Positions 1 through 9,686 of a DNA stretch of 64,000 bases are shown in pieces. Origin of the DNA: an uncultured Erythrobacter sp. (GTDB lineage Bacteria > Pseudomonadota > Alphaproteobacteria > Sphingomonadales > Sphingomonadaceae); assembly GCA_947501005.1 (NCBI GenBank), contig CANMTU010000001.1:2719407-2783406 (forward strand), read 5' to 3'. The notes beneath the pieces were generated by a model. The model was not told the origin of the DNA. It ran no database searches and was given only the letters and a program-made list of their open reading frames with translations. The stretch's first letter is position 1. Every line of letters starts with the position of its first letter. The position numbers were made by a program, and so were the translations under genes.

Positions 1-16
1 TAATGCTTGGGCGTTG

Positions 17-2479
17 ATGGCCGATACCCCCCTTCCCCCCGAGATCGCAGCATGGTTCGCGCAGCGCGGCTGGCGGATCCGCAGCCACCAGAGCGATATG
101 CTGGCACAAAGCGTGGCGGGGCGGCATGCGATGCTGGTCGCCGATACCGGCGCGGGCAAGACGCTCGCCGGATTCCTGCCGACGCTGGCGGCCTTCTGCC
201 CCTCGCAGCGAGGCGACGGCCCGGCGCCGGAGGGGCTGCACACGCTCTACGTCTCGCCGCTTAAGGCACTGGCACACGATGTGCAGCGCAACCTCATCAC
301 GCCGATCGAGGAGATGGGCCTGCCGATCACGGTGGAGACCCGCAGCGGCGATACGCCGTCCGACCGCAAGAAGCGCCAGCGCGCCCGGCCGCCCAATGTC
401 CTGCTGACGACGCCGGAAAGCCTTTCGCTGCTGCTTTCCTTTCCCGACAGCATCGACTTGTTCGCCGGGCTGGAAAGGATCGTGATCGACGAGGTCCACG
501 CCTTCGCCACCGGCAAGCGCGGCGATCTCCTGGCGCTCGCTATGGCGCGGCTGCAGGCGATCGCGCCCCGGATGCAGCGCGTTGCCCTGTCGGCCACGGT
601 GGCCGATCCCGAGGGGTTTCGCGAATGGCTGGCGCCGTGGGGCGATCTCGACACGGTCGCGCTGGTCGAGGGCGAACCGGGCGCGCCGGCCGAGGTCGAA
701 ATCCTGTTGCCGATCGAGGAGCGCGTGCCGTGGGGCGGCCACGCCGCGACCTGGGCGATCCCCCAGCTTTACGAGCAGATCCGCGCCAATCGCACCACGC
801 TGATCTTCACCAACACCCGCTTCCTCGCCGAATACATCTTCCAGAACCTGTGGAACGTGAACGACGACAATCTGCCGATCGGTGTGCATCACGGCTCCTT
901 GAGCCGCGAGGCGCGGCGCAAGGTCGAGGGGGCGATGGCGCGCGGCGAATTGCGCGCGCTGGTCGCCACCGCCAGCCTCGATCTGGGGGTGGACTGGGGG
1001 GATATCGACCTCGTGGTGCAGATGGGGGCGCCGAAGGGCTCCTCGCGGCTGCTTCAGCGGATCGGCCGGGCCAACCACCGGCTCGATCAGCCGAGCCGCG
1101 CCCTGCTCGTACCGGGCAATCGCTTCGAGTTCCTCGAGGCGACCGCGGCCAAGGAAGCGGTCGACGAAGGGCAGCGCGACGGGGAGGATTTCCGCCCCGG
1201 CGGGCTCGACGTGCTGGCGCAGCACGCGATGGCCTGTGCCTGCGCCGCGCCGTTTCAGGAAGCCGAGCTGCTGGCCGAAATCCGCTCGTGCCTGCCCTAC
1301 GCCTGGGTGGACGAGGCGGTGTGGGAGCGGGTGCTGACCTTCGTCGCCACCGGTGGTTATGCCCTGCGCGCCTACGACAAGTTCAAGCGCATCGTGCGCG
1401 ACACGGACGGGGTGTGGCGCCTCTCCCACCCCGAACAGGCGGCGCGGCACCGGATGAACGCCGGGATCATCATCGATTCCGAAATGCTGGAGGTGCGCAT
1501 CAATTCGGGGCGCGGCCGGGGCGGGCGCAGCCTTGGCAAGATCGAGGAGCGGTTCGCCGCCGCGCTGAGCCCCGGTGATACTTTCGCCTTTGCCGGGATC
1601 AGCCTCGAAGTGGTCAAGCTGCAGGACATGGAAGTGATCGTGAAAGCGTCCAAATCCAGCGCCATGATCCCGAGCTATGGCGGGCAGCGCCTGCCGCTGA
1701 CCACGCATCTGGCCGACCGGGTGCGCGAGATGCTGGTCGATCGCACTGGCTGGGCACGCTTTCCCGACGATGTGCGCGAATGGCTGGAAGTGCAGGACTG
1801 GCGCAGCCGCATGCCCGGCCCGCATCAACTGCTGGTTGAAAGCTTCCCGCATGTGAAGCGGCACTACACGGTCTACTACACCTTCATCGGCTGGAACGCG
1901 AACCAGTCGCTCGGCATGCTGATCACCAAGCGGATGGAGGATCGCGGGCTGATGCCGGGCGGCTTCGTCGCGAACGATTACTCGCTGGCGGTCTGGGGGC
2001 TGAAGCCGGTGGGCGACCCTGCGCCGCTGCTGTCGCCCGATATCCTGCAGGACGAATTCGTCGACTGGGTGCAGAACTCGCACCTGCTGCGCCGCGCCTT
2101 TCGCGAGGTGGCCGTAATCGGCGGGCTGGTCGAGCGCCAGCATCCCGGCAAGCGCAAGACCGGCAAGCAGGTCACCTTCTCGACCGACCTCATCTACGAC
2201 GTGCTGCGCAAATACGAGCCGGACCATGTGCTGCTGGAGGCAGCGTGGGCCGATGCGCGCACGCGGATGACCGATGTGGGCCGGCTGGGCGACCTGCTCG
2301 ACCGGGCGGCGGCGGAGCTGGTGCATGTCGAACTCGACCGGGTGAGCCCGCTGGCGGTGCCGGTGATGGTAATGATCGGCCGCGAGGCGACGCCGCAGGG
2401 GCAGGTGGACGACGAATTGCTGCTCGAGGCGGAAAGCCTCGCGGGCGAAGCCATGCGGATGGAAGCGCTGCCGGATTAG
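17..2479 (+). CDS. Ligase-associated DNA damage response DEXH-box (Lhr-like) helicase
   Basis: ADTGAGKT Walker A, IVIDEVH DEXH, LSAT motif III, LLQRIGRANH motif VI; ATG at 17 chosen over TTG at 14. Confidence 0.9.
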   Translation: MADTPLPPEIAAWFAQRGWRIRSHQSDMLAQSVAGRHAMLVADTGAGKTLAGFLPTLAAFCPSQRGDGPAPEGLHTLYVSPLKALAHDVQRNLITPIEEMGLPITVETRSGDTPSDRKKRQRARPPNVLLTTPESLSLLLSFPDSIDLFAGLERIVIDEVHAFATGKRGDLLALAMARLQAIAPRMQRVALSATVADPEGFREWLAPWGDLDTVALVEGEPGAPAEVEILLPIEERVPWGGHAATWAIPQLYEQIRANRTTLIFTNTRFLAEYIFQNLWNVNDDNLPIGVHHGSLSREARRKVEGAMARGELRALVATASLDLGVDWGDIDLVVQMGAPKGSSRLLQRIGRANHRLDQPSRALLVPGNRFEFLEATAAKEAVDEGQRDGEDFRPGGLDVLAQHAMACACAAPFQEAELLAEIRSCLPYAWVDEAVWERVLTFVATGGYALRAYDKFKRIVRDTDGVWRLSHPEQAARHRMNAGIIIDSEMLEVRINSGRGRGGRSLGKIEERFAAALSPGDTFAFAGISLEVVKLQDMEVIVKASKSSAMIPSYGGQRLPLTTHLADRVREMLVDRTGWARFPDDVREWLEVQDWRSRMPGPHQLLVESFPHVKRHYTVYYTFIGWNANQSLGMLITKRMEDRGLMPGGFVANDYSLAVWGLKPVGDPAPLLSPDILQDEFVDWVQNSHLLRRAFREVAVIGGLVERQHPGKRKTGKQVTFSTDLIYDVLRKYEPDHVLLEAAWADARTRMTDVGRLGDLLDRAAAELVHVELDRVSPLAVPVMVMIGREATPQGQVDDELLLEAESLAGEAMRMEALPD

Positions 2480-2502
2480 TTATCAAAGCGCGCCGCGGGT
2501 TT

Positions 2503-3000
2503 CTACGCCGCTGGGGACAGCTCGCACGGCGGCGGATCGACCCGGTTAAACGGTTCGTCGGGCGGCGGGGGCTCGGCCAATGTGAGAAACATGGGTCTGG
2601 TCTTCCAGTCCCTGTCGAACGTGCGATATCGGGCCAGCGCGGCGAAGCAGAACGACCCATCGGCCAGCACTGCCTTCTCGACAAAAGCGAGGACTTCCAG
2701 CACCCGCCCATAGGGCAGCAGCGCATGTGGATCGAACTGGATCCGTGGCTCCGCCTGCTCGCGTTTCAATTTTACAGGCATCATCGGCAATCGGGCATCG
2801 GTCACGCGCACACCGTCGATGGTGACCAAGCCGTCCGCGCCGATGGCGATGCGATGGGTTGGCGGTTCGGGTGGGACGCTGACCGGGTCGGCGAACGATG
2901 TGGGAAATTGGATCAAAAGCGAATGAGCAGGTGGCTTCTGCAACGCCAGGCTAACTAGGACGAGGGCGCAAAAGAAAAGGACGATCGGCAGCCGATCCAT
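2503..3000 (-). CDS. Divergent ExbD/TolR-like protein
   Basis: N-terminal TM (LPIVLFFCALVLVSLAL), then IAIGADGLVTIDG and IQFDPHALLPYGRVLEVLAFV resembling the ExbD periplasmic domain; directly after another exbD. Confidence 0.6.
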   Translation of the reverse strand: MDRLPIVLFFCALVLVSLALQKPPAHSLLIQFPTSFADPVSVPPEPPTHRIAIGADGLVTIDGVRVTDARLPMMPVKLKREQAEPRIQFDPHALLPYGRVLEVLAFVEKAVLADGSFCFAALARYRTFDRDWKTRPMFLTLAEPPPPDEPFNRVDPPPCELSPAA

Positions 3001-3065
3001 TCTGGCGATCGGCTGCACGTGATCATATCGGCCCGCAGGAAAGTGCGCTTGCCCCCGGCATGGCA

Positions 3066-3473
3066 TCAGAAGGTGCGATAGCGCTCATTGCCGACGAAGC
3101 CGAATTTGGTGACGCCGCTCGCCTTGATGAGGGACAGGGTCTTGGCTGTGCGGTCGTAGCTTGCCTGGGCGGCCGGTTCGAACTGCAGTTCCGGCTCAAC
3201 CGGCATCTGCCGTGTCAGGGCCAGCGCGATCCCAAGCTCGGCCTCGCTGATCCCCTGCCCGTTCCACAGCAGGCGATCGCTGCCGTCGATCACGATCTTG
3301 TTGCGATCCGGTTCGGGCAGCGGAACCTTGCAGTCGTTACACGCGGGCAGGTCGACTTCCATCGTATGCGTGACGACGGGGATAGTGATGATGAACATGA
3401 TCAGCAGTACGAGCATGACGTCGATCAAGGGCGTCGTGTTCATATCGCTGAACGGGGCATGCGCTTCGGCCAT
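3066..3473 (-). CDS. exbD: Biopolymer transport protein ExbD
   Basis: MNTTPLIDVMLVLLIMFIITIP signature; GVTKFGFVGNE C-terminus. Confidence 0.9.
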   Translation of the reverse strand: MAEAHAPFSDMNTTPLIDVMLVLLIMFIITIPVVTHTMEVDLPACNDCKVPLPEPDRNKIVIDGSDRLLWNGQGISEAELGIALALTRQMPVEPELQFEPAAQASYDRTAKTLSLIKASGVTKFGFVGNERYRTF

Positions 3474-3548
3474 GGCACTCTCCTCTTATGTTATGTGGTT
3501 ACATTACAGGAGAAGGTGCAGGCTTGCAAGCGCGCGGACCGCGCAACG

Positions 3549-3575
3549 AAAAAGGGGCAGCCGAAGCCGCCCCTC
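3549..3575 (-). terminator. Intrinsic terminator after exbD 3598-4029
   Basis: Minus-strand GC-rich hairpin (AGGGGCGGC-TTC-GGCTGCCCCT) followed by a T tract. Confidence 0.65.
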
Positions 3576-3597
3576 TGCTTCATCGATGGTGTTCGAT

Positions 3598-4029
3598 CTA
3601 CCGGCCGAAGGTCCGGTACCGCTCGTTGCCGACGAAGCCGAACTTGGTCACGCCGGACGCCTTGATGATCTCGAGCACCCGCGCCGAACGCTCGTAGCTC
3701 GACAGGGCATCGGGTTCGAACTGCAGTTCCGGCTCCGGATCGATCTTGCGCGACTGCAACAGCAGGTTGACGAGATCGCCATCCTGAATCGTCTCGCCGT
3801 TCCACAACAGCTCGTCGGTCTGGGTGATGACGAGCTTGTTCTTGTCGGGCTCGACGTCCACCGGCGGCGGGTTCGGGTTTGGTTGCGGCAGATCGATATC
3901 GACCGAGTGGGTCGCGACCGGAATGGTGATGATGAACATGATCAGCAGAACGAGCATGACGTCGATCAGCGGGGTCGTGTTCATGTCCATCATCGGGCTG
4001 CCGTCGTCTTTGCCGCCTGACATTGCCAT
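3598..4029 (-). CDS. exbD: Biopolymer transport protein ExbD
   Basis: MNTTPLIDVMLVLLIMFIITIP signature. Confidence 0.92.
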   Translation of the reverse strand: MAMSGGKDDGSPMMDMNTTPLIDVMLVLLIMFIITIPVATHSVDIDLPQPNPNPPPVDVEPDKNKLVITQTDELLWNGETIQDGDLVNLLLQSRKIDPEPELQFEPDALSSYERSARVLEIIKASGVTKFGFVGNERYRTFGR

Positions 4030-4067
4030 GAGGAAAGTCTCCTAGATATTCGTTTGTCGCGCGGCGA

Positions 4068-4601
4068 TCAGCCGTTCGGATCGACCGGGTTGGAGATGAA
4101 GCCGACGGTGGGATACCCGGCCGACTGCACGTTGTAGATCGCACCCGCCACGCACTGCCACGGCGCGTTGACGTCGCCCCGAATATGGACCTGCGGGATC
4201 TTTTCCGGATCGTTCATGATCGCATCGGCACCGCCGGCGCGCTGCACGATGCCGTCCAGCCGCTCGAACGCCTGGTCGTACAGTTCTTCCGACGTCACCG
4301 GGGTGAGGTTGTTGAAGTAGATCCGGCATTCGCCGTTGCGCGAAGCCCCGGTGAACCCCGGTTCGCCCGCGCTTCGCCCGGCCTCGTCGGTCGTGCTCAC
4401 GGTCAGCAGGAGGTTTTCCACCTTGTCCTTCGATTCGGTCGATTCGATGATCGGGATTTCGAGCTGATCGATCGTCTGGATGGCGACGGGAACCGCGATG
4501 AGGAAGATGATGAGCAGCACCAGCATCACGTCGACGAGCGGCGTGGTGTTGATGTCGGACATCGGCGTCTCTGCGCCGCCTCCTCCGGTCGAAATTGCCA
4601 T
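4068..4601 (-). CDS. exbD: ExbD/TolR family protein
   Basis: INTTPLVDVMLVLLIIFLIAVP; VHIRGDVNAPW. Confidence 0.92.
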   Translation of the reverse strand: MAISTGGGGAETPMSDINTTPLVDVMLVLLIIFLIAVPVAIQTIDQLEIPIIESTESKDKVENLLLTVSTTDEAGRSAGEPGFTGASRNGECRIYFNNLTPVTSEELYDQAFERLDGIVQRAGGADAIMNDPEKIPQVHIRGDVNAPWQCVAGAIYNVQSAGYPTVGFISNPVDPNG

Positions 4602-4681
4602 TGCTTAGGTCCTATTCCCGAAAAAACGTAATGGTTCGCGCAAGGGCGGGGGCGATCCCGACGGACCGCCCCCGGAACCGA

Positions 4682-5545
4682 TCAGCGCTTGGTCGTCGTG
4701 GTCGAGGTCGTCGTGCCCGTGGTCGGGCTGGTCGACGTCGTCGTGGTGCGGCTGGCGCCGGCCGCACCGGTGGTGGCCTTCGCGCTTGCCGGGGCGGTGC
4801 TTGCCGCCTTGCCCGCCTGCTGCGTCGAAGCCGCCGTCATCGCGGCCGGCTTGATCGAGCCGCCCGAATTGATGTTGGCGAGCAGATCGGTCGAGAAGCC
4901 CGAGAGCATTTCGGCGATGCGCTTGTTGCGGCTCTGCAGCCAGTTGTAGGCCAGCACGGCGGGAACGGCGACGAGCAGACCGATCGCGGTCATGATCAGG
5001 GCCTCGCCCACCGGACCGGCAACCTTGTCGATCGAGGCCGAGCCGGCGAGACCGATGTTGATCAGCGCGCGGTAGATACCGATAACCGTACCCAGCAGGC
5101 CGACGAACGGCGCGGTCGCACCGACCGAGGCGAGGAAGGGCAAGCCGCCGGCGAGCTTCGCGTTGACCGACGCTTCCGAGCGGGCGAGCGTGCCGTGCAG
5201 CCAGTCATGCGCTTCGAGCTTGTCGTTCATGCGCGAGTGCTGCTCCTCGCCGTTCACGGCATCGTCGACCAGTTGGCGCCAGGCGCTGTTCTTTTCCAGC
5301 TTGCCGGCACCTTCCTTGATGCTGTTGGCGCGCCAGAAACCGCTGTGCACGTTCTTGTACTGGTTCATCACCTTCTGCTGCTCGAGCAGCTTGGTGAAGA
5401 GGATGTAGAACGAACCGACCGACATGATCACGAGGACGCCGAAGATCGACCAGGCGATGATACCGCCTTGTTCCATGGCTTCGAGGAAGCCGAACTGGTT
5501 TTGCGGAGCAGCTCCGCCCGCCGCTGCTAGAAGATTGAGAGTCAT
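4682..5545 (-). CDS. exbB: MotA/TolQ/ExbB proton channel protein
   Basis: LASVGATAPFVGLLGTVIGI and GEALIMTAIGLLVAVPAV TM motifs; Thr/Ala-rich C-terminal tail. Confidence 0.93.
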   Translation of the reverse strand: MTLNLLAAAGGAAPQNQFGFLEAMEQGGIIAWSIFGVLVIMSVGSFYILFTKLLEQQKVMNQYKNVHSGFWRANSIKEGAGKLEKNSAWRQLVDDAVNGEEQHSRMNDKLEAHDWLHGTLARSEASVNAKLAGGLPFLASVGATAPFVGLLGTVIGIYRALINIGLAGSASIDKVAGPVGEALIMTAIGLLVAVPAVLAYNWLQSRNKRIAEMLSGFSTDLLANINSGGSIKPAAMTAASTQQAGKAASTAPASAKATTGAAGASRTTTTSTSPTTGTTTSTTTTKR

Positions 5546-5595
5546 TGCGAAATTTCCCTTTGATGTATTTCGTTCCGCCCCAACGGGCAAATCGC

Positions 5596-6294
5596 TTAGT
5601 TGAGTTGGTAAACGATGCGCGTGGAATACGTATCGGTAATCGGATTACCTGCACGGTCCAGCGCGGGGTTGAAGCGCGCGTAACGCCGCATACCGTCACA
5701 AGCTCCGCTGTCGAGAGCGCTGGATCCACTGGACGAGGTGACCGTGCAATTGGATACGCGACCATCGGCCCCGATCGTAACACGCACACCGACCGATCCT
5801 TCTTCCCCGGCGCGTTCGGCACTGCGCGGGTAGTTATCCTGGATCTGGCGCGCCCAACGGCCCTGATTGTCCGGCGACGCGCCACGGGCCTTCGAAGGCG
5901 CGGGTGGGGCCGGCGGAGGGGCGGGCGGTGCAGGGGGCGCGACCGGAGCCGGCGGAGGAATGCGCAGCGCGGGCGGGGCCGGCGGCGGAATATTCGTCTG
6001 CGTCCGGATCGGCGGCGGTGCCGGCGCGATATTGATCGGCGGCGGCGGCGCGACCGGCGGCGGCGGCGCGGTTTGCTGCTGCTGCGGCTCGGGCGGCGGG
6101 GGCTCTTCCTCGGGCGGCGGCGGCGGGGGCGGCGGCTCTTCCACATCGATCGTGGTCACACGCTCGACCAGCTTGGTAGCGGCCTCATAGGCCAAGCCGG
6201 TGATGAGCGCGTAACCAAGAGCAATATGGACGAGGGCAACAATAATGATCGCGACAATGCGACTGCCGCTCATCTGTTGATCAGCATAAGCCAT
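5596..6294 (-). CDS. tonB: Energy transducer TonB
   Basis: N-terminal TM, Pro-rich spacer, C-terminal NYPRSAERAGEEGSVGVRVTIGADGRVSNCTVTSSSG TonB_C domain; precedes exbB-exbD. Confidence 0.92.
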   Translation of the reverse strand: MAYADQQMSGSRIVAIIIVALVHIALGYALITGLAYEAATKLVERVTTIDVEEPPPPPPPPEEEPPPPEPQQQQTAPPPPVAPPPPINIAPAPPPIRTQTNIPPPAPPALRIPPPAPVAPPAPPAPPPAPPAPSKARGASPDNQGRWARQIQDNYPRSAERAGEEGSVGVRVTIGADGRVSNCTVTSSSGSSALDSGACDGMRRYARFNPALDRAGNPITDTYSTRIVYQLN

Positions 6295-6411
6295 TCGGTT
6301 GCATCACTCCATTCGTCGCCCGGCTTGACCCGGGCCAATCTGACGCCATTCGACCCTGGATACGTCTTCACATATCCCTAGCGCCCTACTCTTATCCCGC
6401 CGGACCATCGA

Positions 6412-6427
6412 TTAACGCCATCATAAC
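6412..6427. promoter_or_regulatory. Putative CtrA-binding site
   Basis: TTAA-CGCCATC-ATAAC, one mismatch to TTAA-N7-TTAA, in the divergent intergenic region next to tonB. Confidence 0.4.
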
Positions 6428-6680
6428 CAATGGCTGTTAACCGAAAATAGCCCCGGTGGCGGCGGACAGGCAACATTGTATCATGCGTTTTGTCTGTAAA
6501 TCCATTAGCTAGGATACCGGTGCGTCGCAAACCCTTTCATCGGTTAAGAGGCAATTCACCGCTTTTCCGTCAGGAACCGTCGGCGCGGCGAACCGGTTGG
6601 ATCGCCAGTCGCATCGCCCAACTTTCCTGCCGGCCCCATGCCTTTGCCGGATCCAGATTTCTTGCCGGGGACATCCAGTC

Positions 6681-7523
6681 ATGATTCGCAATTCGGTCCT
6701 TTCCGCCTCGCTGGGGCTGGCTTTCTGCCTCGCCGCGCCCGTTCACGCGCAGTCCGGCCCCCGCCCTGTTCCGGCAAGCGTCATGACCTATCCCGACCTC
6801 GTCGAACTGGCGGAAAGCGCGCCGCTCGTCATCCGGGCGCAGGTGACCGAGCAGGCACGGGTCAAGGCGGAACGCGCGCCCGGTCTTGCACCCGGCCATG
6901 CCCGCCTTTACCTCGAAGCGCGTACGCTCTCTCTCATCGCCGGCAACGTGCCGGTGGGCGAGAACCTGCGCTATCTCGTCGACGTTCCGCTGACCGCCAA
7001 GGGCAAGGTGCCCAAGCTGAAGAAGCAGGAGGTCATCCTGTTCGCCCGCCCGGTTGCCGGACGCCCCGGCGAAATCCAGCTCGACAGTTCAGAGGCGCAG
7101 GTGCCGTTCGACCCGGCGCTCGAGGTGCGGCTGCGCCCGATCCTTGCCGAACTGATCGCACCCGACGCCCCGCCGCCCGTCACCGGCGTGGCCGAGGCGC
7201 TGGCCGTGCCCGGCACGCTGGTGGGCGAATCCGAGACGCAGCTGTTCCTCGATACCGCGGAGAACGGGCCGGTCTCGATCTCGATCGTCCGCCGGCCGGG
7301 GCAGGCACCGCGCTGGGGCGTCTCGTGGAGCGAGATCGTCGACCAGTCGGCCACCGCGCCCCGGCGCAACACTCTCGCCTGGTATCGCCTGGCCTGCACG
7401 CTCCCGGCGACATTGCCAGCGGATGCCTTCCTGTCCGAAGATCGTGCCGCCCGCGCGCTCGCCCAGCGTGATTACGCCTTCGTGATCGAACAGCTCGGCC
7501 CGTGCGAACGCAGCCGGGTGTGA
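6681..7523 (+). CDS. Hypothetical exported protein
   Basis: Signal-peptide-like N-terminus (MIRNSVLSASLGLAFCLAAPVHA), host-like codon use, long ORF. Confidence 0.75.
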   Translation: MIRNSVLSASLGLAFCLAAPVHAQSGPRPVPASVMTYPDLVELAESAPLVIRAQVTEQARVKAERAPGLAPGHARLYLEARTLSLIAGNVPVGENLRYLVDVPLTAKGKVPKLKKQEVILFARPVAGRPGEIQLDSSEAQVPFDPALEVRLRPILAELIAPDAPPPVTGVAEALAVPGTLVGESETQLFLDTAENGPVSISIVRRPGQAPRWGVSWSEIVDQSATAPRRNTLAWYRLACTLPATLPADAFLSEDRAARALAQRDYAFVIEQLGPCERSRV

Positions 7524-7620
7524 ACGAGCGCTTGCCCGCCGGCTAGACAAACTGGGTGCATCGCGGCGCACGACCGCGCTAGGTCGCGGGTCATGACAGA
7601 CCGCAAAACAACGGCCGATC

Positions 7621-8928
7621 ATGGCTGAACCGCTGCGCATCGCTCTCGCCGGGCTGGGAACCGTCGGCACGGGCGTGATCCGCCTGATCGAGACCAATGG
7701 CGACATGATCGCCGCGCGTTGCGGCCGCCCGGTAAAGATCGTCGCGGTGACGGCGCGCGAACGCGGGCGCGACCGGGGCGTCGATCTGGCGCCCTATGAA
7801 TGGGTGGACGACATGCGCGAGCTGGCCCTGCGCCGCGATGTCGACGTGGTGGTGGAACTGGTCGGCGGATCGGACGGGCCGGCCCTCACCCTCGCGCGCA
7901 CCGCCCTGCGCATGGGCACGGGGCTGGTGACTGCGAACAAGGCGATGGTCGCCCATCACGGGCTCGAACTGGCGGAAACGGCCGCGGCAACCGGCGCCGC
8001 CTTCGCCTTCGAGGCGGCGGTGGCCGGCGGCATCCCGGTGGTGAAAGGGCTGCGCGAAGGTACGGCGGCCAACACCCTGACGCGGATCTACGGCATCCTC
8101 AACGGCACCTGCAATTACATCCTCTCCGAGATGGAGCGCACCGGCGCCGATTTCGACGCGATGCTGGCCGAGGCGCAGGCCAAGGGTTTTGCCGAGGCCG
8201 ATCCCACTTTCGACATCGAAGGCATCGACGCCGCACACAAGCTCGCCATTCTGGCTGCCATCGGGTTCGGCACCCGCATCGATTTCGGCGCGGTCCGCAC
8301 CGAGGGGATCGGCAAGGTGCGCGCTTCCGACATCGCGCAGGCTGATGCGCTGGGCTATGTCGTGCGGCTGGTCGGCATCGCCTCGCTGGGCGAGGATGCG
8401 GACGACTGCCGATTGTCCCAGTGGGTCCGCCCCTGTCTCGTCCCTTTTCGTCACCCCCTCGCCGCTGTGACCGGGCCAACCAATGCCGTGGTGGCAGAGG
8501 GCGACTTTTCCGGCCGCCTGCTGTTCCAGGGCGCGGGCGCGGGCGACCGGCCGACGGCGAGCGCGGTGGTCGCCGATCTGATCGACATCGCGCGCGGCCA
8601 GTCGGGCGCGCCCTTCTCGGTTCCGGTCGCGGCGCTGGACGAATGCCTGCCGGGCGATCCCGGCAACCGGACGGGAAGCCACTACATCCGCTTCACCGTG
8701 GCCGACCGGCCCGGCGTGCTGGCCGAGATCACCGCCGCGATGCGCGATGCCGACGTCTCGATCGAAAGCCTGATTCAGCAGGGTCGCTCTGCCGGGGGCG
8801 GCGAGGTGCAGGTGGCGATGGTGACGCATGAAGGGCCGCAGCGCTGCGTCACCATGGCGCTCGACCTGCTAGACGATTCGCCTAGTCTGACGGCGGCGCC
8901 GCTGGTGATGCCGATCCTGGGGGACTGA
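7621..8928 (+). CDS. hom: Homoserine dehydrogenase
   Basis: LAGLGTVGTG Rossmann motif, VTANKA, GILNGTCNYIL, C-terminal ACT domain (DRPGVLAEI). Confidence 0.96.
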   Translation: MAEPLRIALAGLGTVGTGVIRLIETNGDMIAARCGRPVKIVAVTARERGRDRGVDLAPYEWVDDMRELALRRDVDVVVELVGGSDGPALTLARTALRMGTGLVTANKAMVAHHGLELAETAAATGAAFAFEAAVAGGIPVVKGLREGTAANTLTRIYGILNGTCNYILSEMERTGADFDAMLAEAQAKGFAEADPTFDIEGIDAAHKLAILAAIGFGTRIDFGAVRTEGIGKVRASDIAQADALGYVVRLVGIASLGEDADDCRLSQWVRPCLVPFRHPLAAVTGPTNAVVAEGDFSGRLLFQGAGAGDRPTASAVVADLIDIARGQSGAPFSVPVAALDECLPGDPGNRTGSHYIRFTVADRPGVLAEITAAMRDADVSIESLIQQGRSAGGGEVQVAMVTHEGPQRCVTMALDLLDDSPSLTAAPLVMPILGD

Positions 8929-9487
8929 CCGCGCCGGGTTCGGCCCCGGCATCGAGGTCCGGCAGGGTAAGCGTCACGGGCCGATCCAGTTCTTCCAGCG
9001 GCGCAGCCTGCCGCCCACCGCCCGCGGGCAGGCCGCGCGCGATCCGGTCCGCATCCGAACCCGGCGGCGCTTCAGGCACGGTAGAGAAGTCGATCATATA
9101 GGCCGGCGGCGTCGGACATGGCGGGATGAAGCACAGGCTCGAAATGGTCGCCGGTCCGCGAAAGATGCCCGCGCCGGCCACGTCGGGCGCCGCGATCAGC
9201 CCCTGGTTCATCGTCTCGCGGGCGTAGCGCCGTTCGGCGTCTTCCTTGCTGTACAACCGGTTCTCGGCCCCCGTGCTGCGGCGGCAGACCACAATCTCGC
9301 CGCTGATCGTAGCGGCATCTTGCTCGTCGGGGCTGCAATTCTCGAACGTCTCGTCCTGGGGCGCGGTGTCGATCAGGATATCGATCACTTGCGGGGGCGA
9401 GGCGGATTGCGCTTCGAGTTCCTGGGCGGACGCGGCGGTTCCCATCACAACGCCCAGAATCCCTGCGGCGAGATACGCGCGGATCAC
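8882..9487 (-). CDS. Hypothetical exported protein
   Basis: GTG start, signal-like AYLAAGILGVVMGTAASA; Cys-containing body; 3' end overlaps hom convergently by 47 bp. Confidence 0.6.
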   Translation of the reverse strand: MIRAYLAAGILGVVMGTAASAQELEAQSASPPQVIDILIDTAPQDETFENCSPDEQDAATISGEIVVCRRSTGAENRLYSKEDAERRYARETMNQGLIAAPDVAGAGIFRGPATISSLCFIPPCPTPPAYMIDFSTVPEAPPGSDADRIARGLPAGGGRQAAPLEELDRPVTLTLPDLDAGAEPGAVSPPGSASPAAPPSD

Positions 9488-9686
9488 GCGGGGGAAACCT
9501 GCCGGCGCGCGAAGCTCCGCCGCCGCCGCACCGTTCGAACAGGCGGCGAAACCATCGGACCGGCCAGGAACGGGAAGGTGCGTAGCTCGCGTCTCGACAT
9601 GCCCCGCTCCTCTGGCTATCGCGCGGCACGAACACGAATGCAGCACGATGCTCCCCGACTTCAACCGCCAGAGGACTGAACGCCCT

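Noticed and set aside
17-2479. Missing partner genes of the ligase-associated helicase
   Set aside because: The gene is at the window edge, so partners may lie just upstream.
5867-6190. Gly-rich ORFs and GGC runs (also 37623-37808)
   Set aside because: Antisense of the Pro-rich linkers of TonB and OmpA, not independent genes or CRISPR repeats.
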